A stretch of DNA of 64,000 nucleotides, taken from NCBI GenBank assembly GCA_017465825.1, contig JAFTVI010000036.1, positions 11,174 to 75,173 of the forward strand, written 5' to 3'. Shown piece after piece: positions 24,380-35,100 of this stretch. Below the pieces are notes generated by a model that did not search any database, was not told the DNA's origin, and was given only the letters and a program-made list of their open reading frames with translations. Position numbers and translations under genes: made by a program. Source of the DNA: Clostridia bacterium. GTDB taxonomy: Bacteria; Bacillota; Clostridia; Oscillospirales; Acutalibacteraceae. Each line of letters opens with the position of its first letter. Position 1 is the stretch's first letter.

Positions 24380-25861
24380 ATGGACACTCGTTTCGCAATA
24401 GAGAATTATTGTGACACACAGGCTATCACAAAACAGCTCGATGAGCTGATTGCACAGCCTATTTACACCATTAAACCCGAAGTTTTAAAGGACTATGAGG
24501 AAAATTATTTTGACAAAAAGTGCGCAAAGTCAAAGGAAATGATTGAAGAAGCAAAGCAGGTTATCCCCGGCGGCGTTCAGCACAACCTTGCTTTTAACTA
24601 TCCTTTCCCCATCGTAATCACAAAAGCTGACGGAATGAAGCTTTACGATGTTGACGGAAACGAATATTTCGATTTCCTTCAGGCAGGCGGCCCCACAGTT
24701 CTCGGCTCCAATCCTCCCGAAGTCCGTGAGCAGGTTATCGACCTTCTCAACACCTGCGGCCCCTCAACAGGTCTTTTCCACGAGTTTGAGTATAAGCTTG
24801 CAAAGAAGATCTCCGACAGCGTTGAAACCGTAGATATGTTCCGTATGCTCGGTTCAGGTACAGAGGCTTGTATGGCAGCTGTCCGTGTTGCAAGACTTGC
24901 TACAAAGAATAAAAACATCGTTAAGATGGGCGGCGCTTATCACGGCTGGTCAGATCAGTTAGGCTGGAGTATCCGTGTTCCCGGTTCAAAGTTTACACAG
25001 ACACACGGTGTACCCCTTTATCTCTATAAGCATACTCAGGAGTTCTTCCCCAACGACCTCGATTCTCTCGAGAGAGTTCTCAGAAGAAATCAGCTTTGCG
25101 GCGGTACTGCTGCTGTTTTCATTGAGCCTATCGGCCCCGAAAGCGGTACAAGACCTCTTGATTTCGATTTCAATAAGGGCGTTGAAAGACTTTGCCGTAA
25201 GTACGGCGCACTTCTCGTATTCGATGAGGTTGTTACAGGCTTCCGTATCGGTATGGCAGGTGCTCAGGGTTACTTCGGCGTATCTCCTGACCTTACAATC
25301 TTCGGTAAGGTAATTGCCGGCGGATATCCCGGTGCAGGCGGTATCGGCGGTAAGAAGGAATATATGAAGTACCTCGGCGCAGGTCTTGATGCAAGCGGCG
25401 AAAAGGTCAAGAAAGCATTTATGGGTGGCACAATGGCTGCTACTCCCATTTCCTGTGTTGCAGGTTACTATACTCTTGAAGCTATTGATAAGACAAATGC
25501 TTGCCAGAAGGCCGGTCAGATGGGTGACAGACTCACAAAGGGTCTTCAGGATCTCATCAAGAAGTACAATCTTCCCTTTGTAGCATTCAACCAGGGTTCA
25601 GTATGTCATCTTGAAACTGTCGGCACAATGCACTTTGCTGTTGATTGGGCAAGACCCTGGACAATTCCCAACGTTCTTTCACAGACAAGCGAAAGAAAGA
25701 AGGAAATGCAGCACATCGGTGCAGCATATATGGCAGAAGGCCTTGTTACTCTTGCAGGTTCAAGACTTTATACATCTGCTGCATATACTCCCGAGCTTAT
25801 CGACGAAGCACTTACCAGATTTGATAAGGTATTTGCAAACGTTGCTCTTAAGCAGGACTGA
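24380..25861 (+). CDS. class III (GSA-aminomutase-like) PLP-dependent aminotransferase
   Basis: Trimmed to ATG 24380 (SD GGAGGT), 493 aa. GGAYHGW, FDEVVTGFR, and FGKVIAGG with the PLP lysine. Confidence 0.8.
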   Translation: MDTRFAIENYCDTQAITKQLDELIAQPIYTIKPEVLKDYEENYFDKKCAKSKEMIEEAKQVIPGGVQHNLAFNYPFPIVITKADGMKLYDVDGNEYFDFLQAGGPTVLGSNPPEVREQVIDLLNTCGPSTGLFHEFEYKLAKKISDSVETVDMFRMLGSGTEACMAAVRVARLATKNKNIVKMGGAYHGWSDQLGWSIRVPGSKFTQTHGVPLYLYKHTQEFFPNDLDSLERVLRRNQLCGGTAAVFIEPIGPESGTRPLDFDFNKGVERLCRKYGALLVFDEVVTGFRIGMAGAQGYFGVSPDLTIFGKVIAGGYPGAGGIGGKKEYMKYLGAGLDASGEKVKKAFMGGTMAATPISCVAGYYTLEAIDKTNACQKAGQMGDRLTKGLQDLIKKYNLPFVAFNQGSVCHLETVGTMHFAVDWARPWTIPNVLSQTSERKKEMQHIGAAYMAEGLVTLAGSRLYTSAAYTPELIDEALTRFDKVFANVALKQD

Positions 25862-25884
25862 TATTTTGAAAGAGGTATAATAAT

Positions 25885-27111
25885 ATGGACATTTTGGAAG
25901 CAAAATCCGAAGTTGTCAAAGCCGGTCTTGAGCTTGTTCAATCCGGTCTTATAGCTCGTACTTGGGGAAATGTCAGCTGTCGTGTTGACGATGAATATTT
26001 CGTTATCACTCCCAGCGGCAGAAGCTATGAATCTCTCACTCCCGATGATATTGTTCTCGTTAAAATTGAGGACTGCTCATACGATTCTGAGATCAAGCCT
26101 TCCTCCGAAAAGGGAATACACGCTATGGCGTATAAAATGCGCAGTGATGTTAACTTTGTTATTCATACACATCAGAAAAATGCATCCGCAGTAAGCTTCC
26201 TCGGTTACGATATAAATATGCTTTCCGAGGACAGCCGCGAGATAATCGGTGCAGATATTCCCGTTGCATCATACGGACTTCCCGGCACAGGCAAGCTCCG
26301 CAAAGGCGTAACTGCCGCTCTTGAGCGTTCAGCATCAAAGGCTGTTGTTATGGCTCATCACGGCGCTCTGTGTATGGGTACAGATTATGAAGATGCATTT
26401 AAAGTTGCCGCTGAGCTCGAAAAAGTCTGCGAGGAGTTCCTTCTTGACAGATTGCACATCGTTTCAGGTAAGGTAAGCGACAATATTGCCGCTGTTGCCG
26501 AGCATATCGCAGAGGTAAGTGAGGGTGCCAAGAAACAGGCTATGATTTTTGCCCCTTATACGTCCGAGCGTGAAGGCGATACGATGCTTATGAATCCTGC
26601 TGAGGGCGGCGAATCCGTACGCATTGACCTTTCAAACGGCAATGAGGTTTCTCCCTGTGATGAATATCCCGAGAGTGCAGAGCTCCACAGAGCTATTTAC
26701 AATTCCCGTAAGGATGTAAACTGCATTATTCATTCTAAGAAGCCTGAAATTCTTTCAGCATCAAAAATGGGCGGTACGTTCAAGCCTCTGCTTGATGATT
26801 TTGCTCAGCTTATAGGTGTTACACTTCGCACAGGCGAGTATAACCCTGCAAATACGGCAAAAACCGCTAAAAAGGTTGTTAAAAAGCTTAAGGGCAGAAA
26901 TGCCGCATTGCTTAAGGACAACGGAGCTGTTTGCGTAGCAGGCGATATGTACGATGCTGAGGCTGTTGAAATGGTTCTTGAAAAAGAGCTTCGTACAGAT
27001 GCGGCGGCTAAAATGATCGGTGACGCAAAATATATTAACCCCGTTGAAGCACATCTTATGAGATTTATCTATAAGACAAAGTACTCCAAGAAGGCTAAGA
27101 CAAATAAATAA
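25885..27111 (+). CDS. tandem class II aldolase/adducin-domain protein
   Basis: 408 aa. The N-domain keeps E..IH, HTH and HHG metal ligands. The C-domain (from aa ~265) has the same fold pattern with ligands replaced (IIHSKK, KDNGAV). Confidence 0.75.
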   Translation: MDILEAKSEVVKAGLELVQSGLIARTWGNVSCRVDDEYFVITPSGRSYESLTPDDIVLVKIEDCSYDSEIKPSSEKGIHAMAYKMRSDVNFVIHTHQKNASAVSFLGYDINMLSEDSREIIGADIPVASYGLPGTGKLRKGVTAALERSASKAVVMAHHGALCMGTDYEDAFKVAAELEKVCEEFLLDRLHIVSGKVSDNIAAVAEHIAEVSEGAKKQAMIFAPYTSEREGDTMLMNPAEGGESVRIDLSNGNEVSPCDEYPESAELHRAIYNSRKDVNCIIHSKKPEILSASKMGGTFKPLLDDFAQLIGVTLRTGEYNPANTAKTAKKVVKKLKGRNAALLKDNGAVCVAGDMYDAEAVEMVLEKELRTDAAAKMIGDAKYINPVEAHLMRFIYKTKYSKKAKTNK

Positions 27112-27187
27112 TTACATTTCAACCCTTTACTTTTCAGTAGAGGGTTGTTATTATATATATAATAGTATGTATAATGTGGAGGCTGTT

Positions 27188-28840
27188 ATGGTTAAGTATG
27201 TCATTGCAGGTATTATCATTCTGATTGTTGTTTTGTTTCTGCTGTGGTGTTTACATCAGAAAAAGCAAGGTCTTTGCCCTATTTGTACGCTTAAACAGTT
27301 TGTATGCAAATCAAAACTCACTATCAGAATCCCCGGGAATGAATTTTACAACGGGGGAGATGCACCGACTCCGCCTATGGGCTGGTCAAGCTGGAATTCA
27401 TTCAGAAATAATATTGATGAAAATCTGATTTATGACACAGCTGTTGCATTGAAAGAATCAGGTCTTGCCGAGGCAGGATATAAATATGTAAATCTTGATG
27501 ACTGCTGGCATTCTTCCGTCCGTGATGAAAACGGATGCCTGCAAGGTGATTTATCGCTATTTTCATCGGGCATTGACACTCTTTGCGCAAAAATAAACGC
27601 ACTCGGGCTCAAAATGGGTTTGTACTCATCAAACGGTGATTACACCTGTGAGGATTTGCCTGCAAGTCTTGGCTATGAAAAAAAGGATGCAGATACCTTT
27701 GCCCGTTGGGGAGTGGAATATTTTAAATATGATTTCTGTCATAATGTTAAAATCCCTTCCGTTGCTCCGCTTGTTGAAAAGGTTGAAATCAGAATGGGCG
27801 AAAAAACAATCAATCTTGTGTCAGATGATGCAAAACTCAGCGGTCTTGCATGTATCAATAATGATAAACGACTTGAATCAGGCAAATACATCAGCTTTTT
27901 AGGGCAGGGCAAGGGAAAAGCAGAGTTTAACCTGGATTGTGAAAAAAATGGCTCATATCCGCTCACATTGGTTGTAAAAAAGAGCGGCAGATATACTAAA
28001 TACCTTATCGTTCAGGTCAATGATAAATTTTACGAGATGTTTTTCCCCGAAACCAAAGCTTGGAGCACAGTCGGTAGATATCAGTGTGAGGTTGAACTCA
28101 ACAAGGGCGAAAATCGGATAGCTCTTTTTAATCCCGTTTGCACAAGGGCGGACAGTGCATATATTCAGTACAAAAGAATGGGTGAAGCACTCAGAAATGC
28201 ATCACCTGATAAGCCGATTACATATTCAATCTGCGAATGGGGAAGAAATAATCCGAAAAACTGGGCTTGGAATGCGGGCAATCTGTGGCGTACAACACCC
28301 GATATCCGACCTTATTGGAAATGGATAAACATTATATATAATAAAAATCTTGCACTTGCTGAATTTGCCGGTCCGGGGCATTGGAACGACCCCGATATGC
28401 TTGAAGTCGGTAACGGCAAACTGACTGTTGATGAAAACAGAACGCATTTTTCACTCTGGTGTATGATGTCTGCGCCCCTTATTCTCGGTAATGATATCAG
28501 AAAATACAATGTCGATTCAAATGATGATGTGCTTGAAATTCTTAAAAACCGACAGATGATTGCTATTGATCAGGATGAGCTGGGACATCAATGCGTGCGA
28601 TATAAACGTACTTCAAAAGCTGACTGGCTTGTAAAAAAACTCAGCGGAAACAGGCATGCCGTATGTATCTATAACAGAACATCAAAGCTGACGGAGCTGT
28701 CATTCAACAGCTCGGATTTACCCGCTGAAATCACTCAAATAAGTGAATATACAGAGGTCTGGAGCAATAAAAAATATAAAGGTCAAGCCTTTAAAATTGC
28801 AGTAAATCCTCACGGTTGCGCCGTGTTTGTAAGCAAATAA
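27188..28840 (+). CDS. GH27 alpha-galactosidase with N-terminal TM anchor and internal insertion
   Basis: ATG 27188 (SD TGGAGG), 550 aa. PPMGWSSWNSF, LDDCW, YFKYDFC, WRTTPDI. About 125 extra aa between the YDFC and MGEAL segments. Confidence 0.8.
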   Translation: MVKYVIAGIIILIVVLFLLWCLHQKKQGLCPICTLKQFVCKSKLTIRIPGNEFYNGGDAPTPPMGWSSWNSFRNNIDENLIYDTAVALKESGLAEAGYKYVNLDDCWHSSVRDENGCLQGDLSLFSSGIDTLCAKINALGLKMGLYSSNGDYTCEDLPASLGYEKKDADTFARWGVEYFKYDFCHNVKIPSVAPLVEKVEIRMGEKTINLVSDDAKLSGLACINNDKRLESGKYISFLGQGKGKAEFNLDCEKNGSYPLTLVVKKSGRYTKYLIVQVNDKFYEMFFPETKAWSTVGRYQCEVELNKGENRIALFNPVCTRADSAYIQYKRMGEALRNASPDKPITYSICEWGRNNPKNWAWNAGNLWRTTPDIRPYWKWINIIYNKNLALAEFAGPGHWNDPDMLEVGNGKLTVDENRTHFSLWCMMSAPLILGNDIRKYNVDSNDDVLEILKNRQMIAIDQDELGHQCVRYKRTSKADWLVKKLSGNRHAVCIYNRTSKLTELSFNSSDLPAEITQISEYTEVWSNKKYKGQAFKIAVNPHGCAVFVSK

Positions 28841-28860
28841 GTTGATTGATACTTTTTTCA

Positions 28861-28888
28861 GAGGACAGAATAATGTCCTCTTTTTTTT
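28861..28888 (+). terminator. rho-independent terminator after the GH27 gene
   Basis: GAGGACA-N6-TGTCCTC, then T8. Confidence 0.85.
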
Positions 28889-29185
28889 GATATTTTATAA
28901 AAATTAATAAATTTATATTTATTCATATAGTGGTGTATATTCAAATATGGAAAATAATACCACTAAATATAGTCGTTATATTCTAAAAAATATATAAAAT
29001 TCTTGTTAATCACTGAAATATAGTAAAAGTGAAGATTGCAAGTTTGTTTAAAATGCCAAAATTTTATTATCCTATTCCCAAAAACTGACATTATGCTGTG
29101 AATCATTACCAATTATTTCCAACTTAAAAGGTTGATATCAAAAAGTCAATCGTCAAAGTGCACAAAAATGAACTGCTGAAATTGC

Positions 29186-29214
29186 TTGACATTCACAAAT
29201 AAGTTGCCTATAAT
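29186..29214 (+). promoter_or_regulatory. consensus sigma-A promoter of the 3D-domain gene
   Basis: TTGACA (29186-29191), 17 nt, TATAAT (29209-29214), giving a leader of about 87 nt. Confidence 0.75.
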
Positions 29215-29307
29215 AAGCGGCGTCTTGTTCAATTAGTGTAATACCGCTGTGAATATACATTCCGATTATACATTTTCACAGCAAAAAAACATCAAAGGAG
29301 ACAATTT

Positions 29308-30051
29308 ATGAAGAAAGTAAAAAACATATTTTCTTCTGCTTGTAAGGTGATAAAATCACAAAAATGTGCGGCAGGCTTTTCAGCGGCAGTTTTTGCATTG
29401 ACATCTGTCACCTGTATGTTTCAGTTTGCAACCGATACATCAGCTTCTGCAAACTCAGGCAACAGCAATGTAAGCAGTAAGGAAATACTTCAACTTTCGG
29501 AATCTTATTTAGCGCAAAGCCCCGATATGACAGCTTCAACTGTTCTTATCGTATCGGACAGATTCAACACAATCAACGAAGAGGAAAGTGAACCGGAGCA
29601 GATGCTCAGACAGCTTTCCGCCGAAAGTGAAAGTGAAGAAGCAGACAGCAGCGAAGAAACAGAAAAGACGGAATTTTCATTTGAGGAATTGGGTCTTACC
29701 CAGATGTCCGATATTGAAGTTCCCGACGATATTCTGTTTGATGAAAACGGTATCCCTCTTGAATATTCCTACAAGGTTACAGGCAGAGCTACCGCTTACT
29801 CAATGGGTACTACAACGGCAACAGGTACTTCTGTTCACGAAGGTGTGGTTGCAGTAAACCCCAGAAACATTCCTTACGGAAGCACAATGTATATCGTAGC
29901 GTCGGACGGTACAGTCTACGGCTACAGCTCCGCAGAGGATACAGGCAGCTTTATTTATTGGGATAATGCTCCTGTGGTTGACCTTTACGTAAACAGCAAA
30001 AGTGCGGCTTACGCGTGGGGCAACAGGGAAGTTACAATGTATATATTTTAA
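29308..30051 (+). CDS. secreted 3D-domain (MltA/RlpA-like double-psi beta-barrel) cell-wall protein
   Basis: 247 aa, signal-like N-terminus, acidic linker. C-terminal ..GRATAYSMGTTTATGTSVHEGVVAVNPRNIPYGSTMYI..AEDTG.. SD AAAGGAG. Confidence 0.8.
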   Translation: MKKVKNIFSSACKVIKSQKCAAGFSAAVFALTSVTCMFQFATDTSASANSGNSNVSSKEILQLSESYLAQSPDMTASTVLIVSDRFNTINEEESEPEQMLRQLSAESESEEADSSEETEKTEFSFEELGLTQMSDIEVPDDILFDENGIPLEYSYKVTGRATAYSMGTTTATGTSVHEGVVAVNPRNIPYGSTMYIVASDGTVYGYSSAEDTGSFIYWDNAPVVDLYVNSKSAAYAWGNREVTMYIF

Positions 30052-30058
30052 CAAGACA

Positions 30059-30087
30059 GCAGAGCCGTAAGGCTCTGCATTTTTTTG
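30059..30087 (+). terminator. rho-independent terminator after the 3D-domain gene
   Basis: GCAGAGCC-GTAA-GGCTCTGC, then T7. Confidence 0.85.
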
Positions 30088-30251
30088 ACGAATCTGCATA
30101 ATTTTCATTTGTTTTACTGCCGTATATAGCTCATATGCTTAAATCTTTGCTCTGTGGGCTTCTGTACGCCCCGATGTATAAAATGGTATAATTACTGTAT
30201 TATCTATAAAATAGGCTTAAATCGTTGCACACAGAGTGTTCGACGCTATAA

Positions 30252-30278
30252 TCAAAACCACCCGTCAAACGGGTGGTT
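30252..30278 (-). terminator. terminator overlapping the MATE gene stop
   Basis: AACCACCCG-TCAA-ACGGGTGGTT. The minus strand continues TTTTGATT. Confidence 0.7.
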
Positions 30279-31662
30279 AATCGTTCACATCAGCAGTAGC
30301 TGATTTCTGTTCATTTTTCAGTCCTTTGAAGAACCATATCACAAAAGGTAAGCTTATAAGGAATGTCAATGCATCTGCTATAGCCTGAGTGTACTCTATT
30401 CCCCACAATCCAAAAAATTTCGGAAGAACGAGTATCAGCGGAATGAAGAATATCCCCTGACGGCAACAGGACAGTATTGTTGCTCTCACTGATTTACCGA
30501 CTGACTGTAAAAGTGAGTTCGCTACTATTGTCATCGACATTAGTGGCATTGCTATGCATTGAGCACGCATAGCTGCAGAGCCTATTTCAACTACAGTTGC
30601 ATCCTCAGCTCTGAATAATTTCATTATTGTCGGCGCGAAAATGAATATCGCAACGCCGAGGCAAGCCATTATAATTGTGTCCGCCGTGAGGGTGAACCTG
30701 AATGCTTTTTTTACTCTGTCAAACTTCTTTGCTCCGTAATTAAATCCGGCAACAGGCATAAATCCCTGTCCCACTCCGATGCATACGCATTGAACGAGCA
30801 TACATACTTTTGCTACAATTGACATAGCCGCTATTGCCGCATCACCGTATACACCTGCGGCTCTGTTCAATAATACCGTTGCAACGCTGGCAAGTCCCTG
30901 CCTGCTTAACGAGGGCATACCTGTTGTAAGTATTTCAGCATAGATTTTCGGCTTGAATACTATATTTTTAGGACTCAGTGAGATATTGCTCTTCCTGAAC
31001 AGGAACATTGACAGCAATAAAACAAAGCTCATGAATTGGCTTATAACTGTTGCGATTGCCGCGCCTGCTGTCTGCAGATTGAATGTGAATATAAAAATCG
31101 GGTCTAGTATTATATTCAGAATTCCGCCCACACTCAGCCCGATCATAGAAAGCGCGGCTTTTCCTTCCGAACGGAGAATATTGTTCATTACAAAGGACGC
31201 GCACATAATCGGCGCTGCCCAGAGAATGTAATTGCCGTAATCTGCTGCAAATTCATAGTTTGTTTCAGTTGCACCGAGCAATGTCATAAGCTCTTCTTTG
31301 AAAAGCTGACCGAAAACCGTAATTATTAAGCCCAGTGCAAGGGAAGTATAGAACGCTGTTGATGCATATTCATCTGCGGCTTTTTTGTTTTTTTCTCCGA
31401 GCCTTCTTGCAAGCAGACTGCCCGCGCCCATACCCAAAGTGAAGCCTGCCGCCTGTATAATCGTCATAAGAGAGAATACTACGCCTACCGCACTGCTTGC
31501 ACTTGTGGATATTTTTGATACAAAGTAAGTATCGGCAAGGTTATAAACCGATGTGACAAGCATACTTATAGTAGTAGGGACTGCTAATTTCGATATCAGC
31601 TTAGGTATCGGCGTCTGCGTCATTTTTATATATTGAGCTCGGTTTCTTTCTACGTTTTCCAT
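30277..31662 (-). CDS. MATE-family efflux transporter
   Basis: 461 aa from ATG 31662 (SD GAGGGA; the track start 31674 is GTG). 12 predicted helices and a typical MATE N-terminus (..MTQTPIPKLISKLAVPTTISML..). Confidence 0.85.
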   Translation of the reverse strand: MENVERNRAQYIKMTQTPIPKLISKLAVPTTISMLVTSVYNLADTYFVSKISTSASSAVGVVFSLMTIIQAAGFTLGMGAGSLLARRLGEKNKKAADEYASTAFYTSLALGLIITVFGQLFKEELMTLLGATETNYEFAADYGNYILWAAPIMCASFVMNNILRSEGKAALSMIGLSVGGILNIILDPIFIFTFNLQTAGAAIATVISQFMSFVLLLSMFLFRKSNISLSPKNIVFKPKIYAEILTTGMPSLSRQGLASVATVLLNRAAGVYGDAAIAAMSIVAKVCMLVQCVCIGVGQGFMPVAGFNYGAKKFDRVKKAFRFTLTADTIIMACLGVAIFIFAPTIMKLFRAEDATVVEIGSAAMRAQCIAMPLMSMTIVANSLLQSVGKSVRATILSCCRQGIFFIPLILVLPKFFGLWGIEYTQAIADALTFLISLPFVIWFFKGLKNEQKSATADVND

Positions 31663-31670
31663 GTCATCCC

Positions 31671-32120
31671 TCACAGTATCTGCATAATTTCGTCACCGTT
31701 ATCATCGTGCAGACCGAATGCTTCGCTTTTATCGCTTAAAAATACTTTAAGATATTCTCCGAAATTCGGTGACAATTCAAATGAATTGAGAGAATTTTTG
31801 CTTGCCCAGAAAACTTCTCCTTCTTCTGTTTTGTCTAAAAGCGTACCCGAATATTCATTTGTTTTGAAAAGTAATACAAAATATCTCCTATCCGTATCTT
31901 TATGACACCAATGTACTGTTCCGCAGAGCTTCGGATTTTTTATATCAAGTCCCGTTTCTTCCTTAGCCTCGCGGATAACGCTGTGCACAAAGCTTTCACC
32001 TTTTTCAATATGACCGCCGGGAAAAGTTATTCCTTTCCAGTATTTAACACGGTTCTGCACAACCACATCGCCGTTTTCGGGATTTTCAATCATAATCATA
32101 TTTGTAAGTTCGCATTTCAT
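31671..32120 (-). CDS. NUDIX hydrolase
   Basis: 149 aa with a complete Nudix box, GHIEKGESFVHSVIREAKEETGL. Confidence 0.85.
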   Translation of the reverse strand: MKCELTNMIMIENPENGDVVVQNRVKYWKGITFPGGHIEKGESFVHSVIREAKEETGLDIKNPKLCGTVHWCHKDTDRRYFVLLFKTNEYSGTLLDKTEEGEVFWASKNSLNSFELSPNFGEYLKVFLSDKSEAFGLHDDNGDEIMQIL

Positions 32121-32171
32121 AATTCACACCTCTGAAAACAGGCTGTACCTTGCGATACAGCCTGACTTCAA

Positions 32172-35100
32172 TTAATATTCTATATAGCCTTCGAAAATAA
32201 GACTTGTATTACCTGTAAGTGAAACACACTCATCGGTGTAATTTACGATAAGGTCGCCGCCTTTGAGCTTGACTGTAATATCTGCACCCTTTTCGCAAAG
32301 ACCTAATTCGCAAGCCGCCGCAACTGCCGCACAGGCACCTGTACCGCAAGCATAGGTTTCGCCGTTACCGCGTTCCCATACACGCATACGGATTGTGCGC
32401 TTATCGACAACTCTTACAAATTCCGTGTTGATTTTTTCGGGGAAGTATTTAGCGTTTTCAAATTCGGGACCGATCTCCTGAAGATTGTATGCGTCAATGT
32501 GAGTGCCGAATACTACACAATGGGGGTTGCCCACAGATACACAGGTTACGTTGTATTCCTTGCCGTCAATTATAACGGGCTGGTCAATAACCTTGCCGGA
32601 AGTGATGTTTGTGGGTATTTTTTCAGCCTCGAATTCAGCCTTACCCATCATTACCTTAACAGCCTTGACCTTGTTGTTCTCTGTGTAAAGGTGTATTCTC
32701 TTAAGACCGACGGGGGTTTCAATTGTAAGATGTGTGTTGTTTACAATGCCGTGATCGTAGAGATATTTACCTGCACAGCGTAAGCCGTTACCTGCAATAT
32801 AACCCTTTGAGCCGTCTTTGTTGAACATCAGCATCTTAGCATTTGCAATATCGGATTTTTCAATCAGAACGATGCCGTCACTGCCGATACCGTAATGTCT
32901 GTTGCAGAAGTTGACTGCAAGCACCTCGGGAGCTGTAATTGCGCCGTCAAGATTGTCAAAGAAGATAAAGTCGTTACCGGAACCCTGCATTTTTGCAAAT
33001 TTGAGCTTCATAGGCTCCGAGCGGAGAGCGTTGATGTTAACAAGCTCTGTATTCTGCTGATTAAATCCGCTTGCAAGGATATCAGCAAGAACGTTTGCTG
33101 TGTCAATTGAAGTAAGAGTAGCAACAGAGAGCTGAAGAGCGCGTCTGTGAAGCTTGATGAAATCGTCAACAACATCAAGGGGAGTGCCTGTGTATACAAT
33201 ATACTTGATTTTACCGCTTTCAAGCAGATCCATACTTGTGTTGGACTCGTCGTAAAGCTTGTTTACAACAGTTACGTCAATATCAACACTGCCGATTGCC
33301 TTTGCCGTGCCTTCTGTAGCGTAAATCTTAAGACCAAGGTCGTGGAATTTACGAGCAAGCTCAATTACTTCGGGCTTGTCAGCATCCTTGACTGTAATAT
33401 ATACACCCATTTCCTTGCGGTGTGTTTTGGGAGTAATTTCAAAGCCTGCGGAAACAAGACCCTTGAAAAGTGCCTCTTCGATTGTTTTACCGACACCGAG
33501 AACTTCGCCTGTTGACTTCATTTCGGGACCAAGGCTTGAGTTTGCATCAAGCAGCTTTTCAAATGAGAATACGGGAACTTTAACTGCAAAGTAGGGAGGT
33601 GTCTTGTAAAGACCTGTGCCGAAGCCCAAATCTTTAAGGGGAGTACCTGTCATAACCTTTGTTGCAATGTCAACCATAGGTACGCCTGTAACCTTGCTGA
33701 TGTAGGGAATCGTTCTTGATGCTCTGGGATTAACCTCGATAACGTAAAGCTCATTATCGTAAATAAGGTACTGAATGTTAACAAGACCCTTTGTGCCCAG
33801 TGCAAGTGCAAGGTTTGTTGAGCAGTCAATGATTGTCTGCTTCATTGTGTCGCGAAGATTGTAGGGAGGATATACCGCAATTGAGTCACCGCTGTGAACA
33901 CCGGCTCTTTCAATGTGCTGCATAATACCGGGGATAAGAACATCCTTACCGTCGGAAATAACGTCAACCTCAAGCTCTGAACCCATCATATATTTGTCAA
34001 CAAGTACGGGGTTTTCAATTTTGCCGGAGAGAATGATGTTCATATACTTATAAACATCATCGTCGTTGTATGCGATAGTCATATTCTGACCGCCGATAAC
34101 GTATGAAGGACGGAGAAGAACGGGGTACTCAAGGGTGTGAGCCGCATTGAGCGCTTCTTCAAGAGTGATAACGCCCATTCCCTTGGGACGCTTGATGTTG
34201 AACTTCTCAAGAAGTGCATCAAAACGCTCTCTGTCCTCAGCAGTGTCAATACCTTCTGCAGACGTGCCGAGAATTGTAAAGCCGTTTTCGTCAAGGAATT
34301 TTGTAAGCTTGATAGCTGTCTGTCCGCCGAAAGCAACAACTATTCCTTCGGGATTCTCTTTCTTTATAACGTTAAGAACGTCTTCGGGAGTGAGAGGCTC
34401 GAAGTAAAGTCTGTCAGCAGTGTCAAAGTCTGTTGAAACAGTTTCGGGGTTGTTGTTGATGATAACAACTTCATATCCAAGCTCTTTGAGTGTCCATACG
34501 CAGTGAACGGAAGAGTAGTCAAATTCGATACCCTGACCGATTCTGATAGGACCTGAGCCGAGAACGATAATCTTCTTTGCAGTGTTATCCTTAAGAAGCT
34601 CTTTTGCTTCGCAGTCCTTGTCGTAGGTTGAATAGAAGTAGGGTGTGGATGCCTTGAACTCAGCCGCACAGGTGTCAACCATCTTGTAGGATGCATCAAG
34701 AGTCATATGCTCTTTTGTTCCGCTGATTCTTTCAAGTGCAGCATCGGGATAGCCGTACTTTTTACCCTGAATATAAAGCTCATCGGTAAGTCTGTTTGCA
34801 ATTGCCTTTTCGTACTGTACAAGATTGTTGAGCTTATCAATAAACCACTCATCAATTTTTGTTATATCGTGGATTGTTTCTGTTGAAACACCTCTCTTAA
34901 GCGCTTCAAAAACAGTGAAAAGACGGATATCATCAACATCTTCAAGCTTTTTAACGATGTCGATTTCGGGATCTGCAAGCTTTTTGAGATTGAGCGTATC
35001 AAGTGAAATTTCAGCACCTCTTACAGCCTTCATAATAGCCGCCTCAAAGCTGGGAGCAATCGCCATAACTTCACCCGTAGCCTTCATCTGTGTGCCGAGC

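Noticed and set aside
29215-29307. A riboswitch (for example c-di-AMP/ydaO type) in the leader of the 3D-domain cell-wall gene; there is a hairpin GCTGTGAA..TTCACAGC at about 29245-29285.
   Set aside because: The leader is only about 87 nt, too short for that class. The hairpin is followed by an A run rather than a U run, and I recognise no conserved riboswitch core.
33009-33011. Treating the DapF-like part as a separate gene starting at the internal ATG.
   Set aside because: There is no stop codon upstream in frame, and only a GGAG 3 nt before the ATG (poor spacing). Separate initiation cannot be excluded, so it is reported as a fusion with this caveat.
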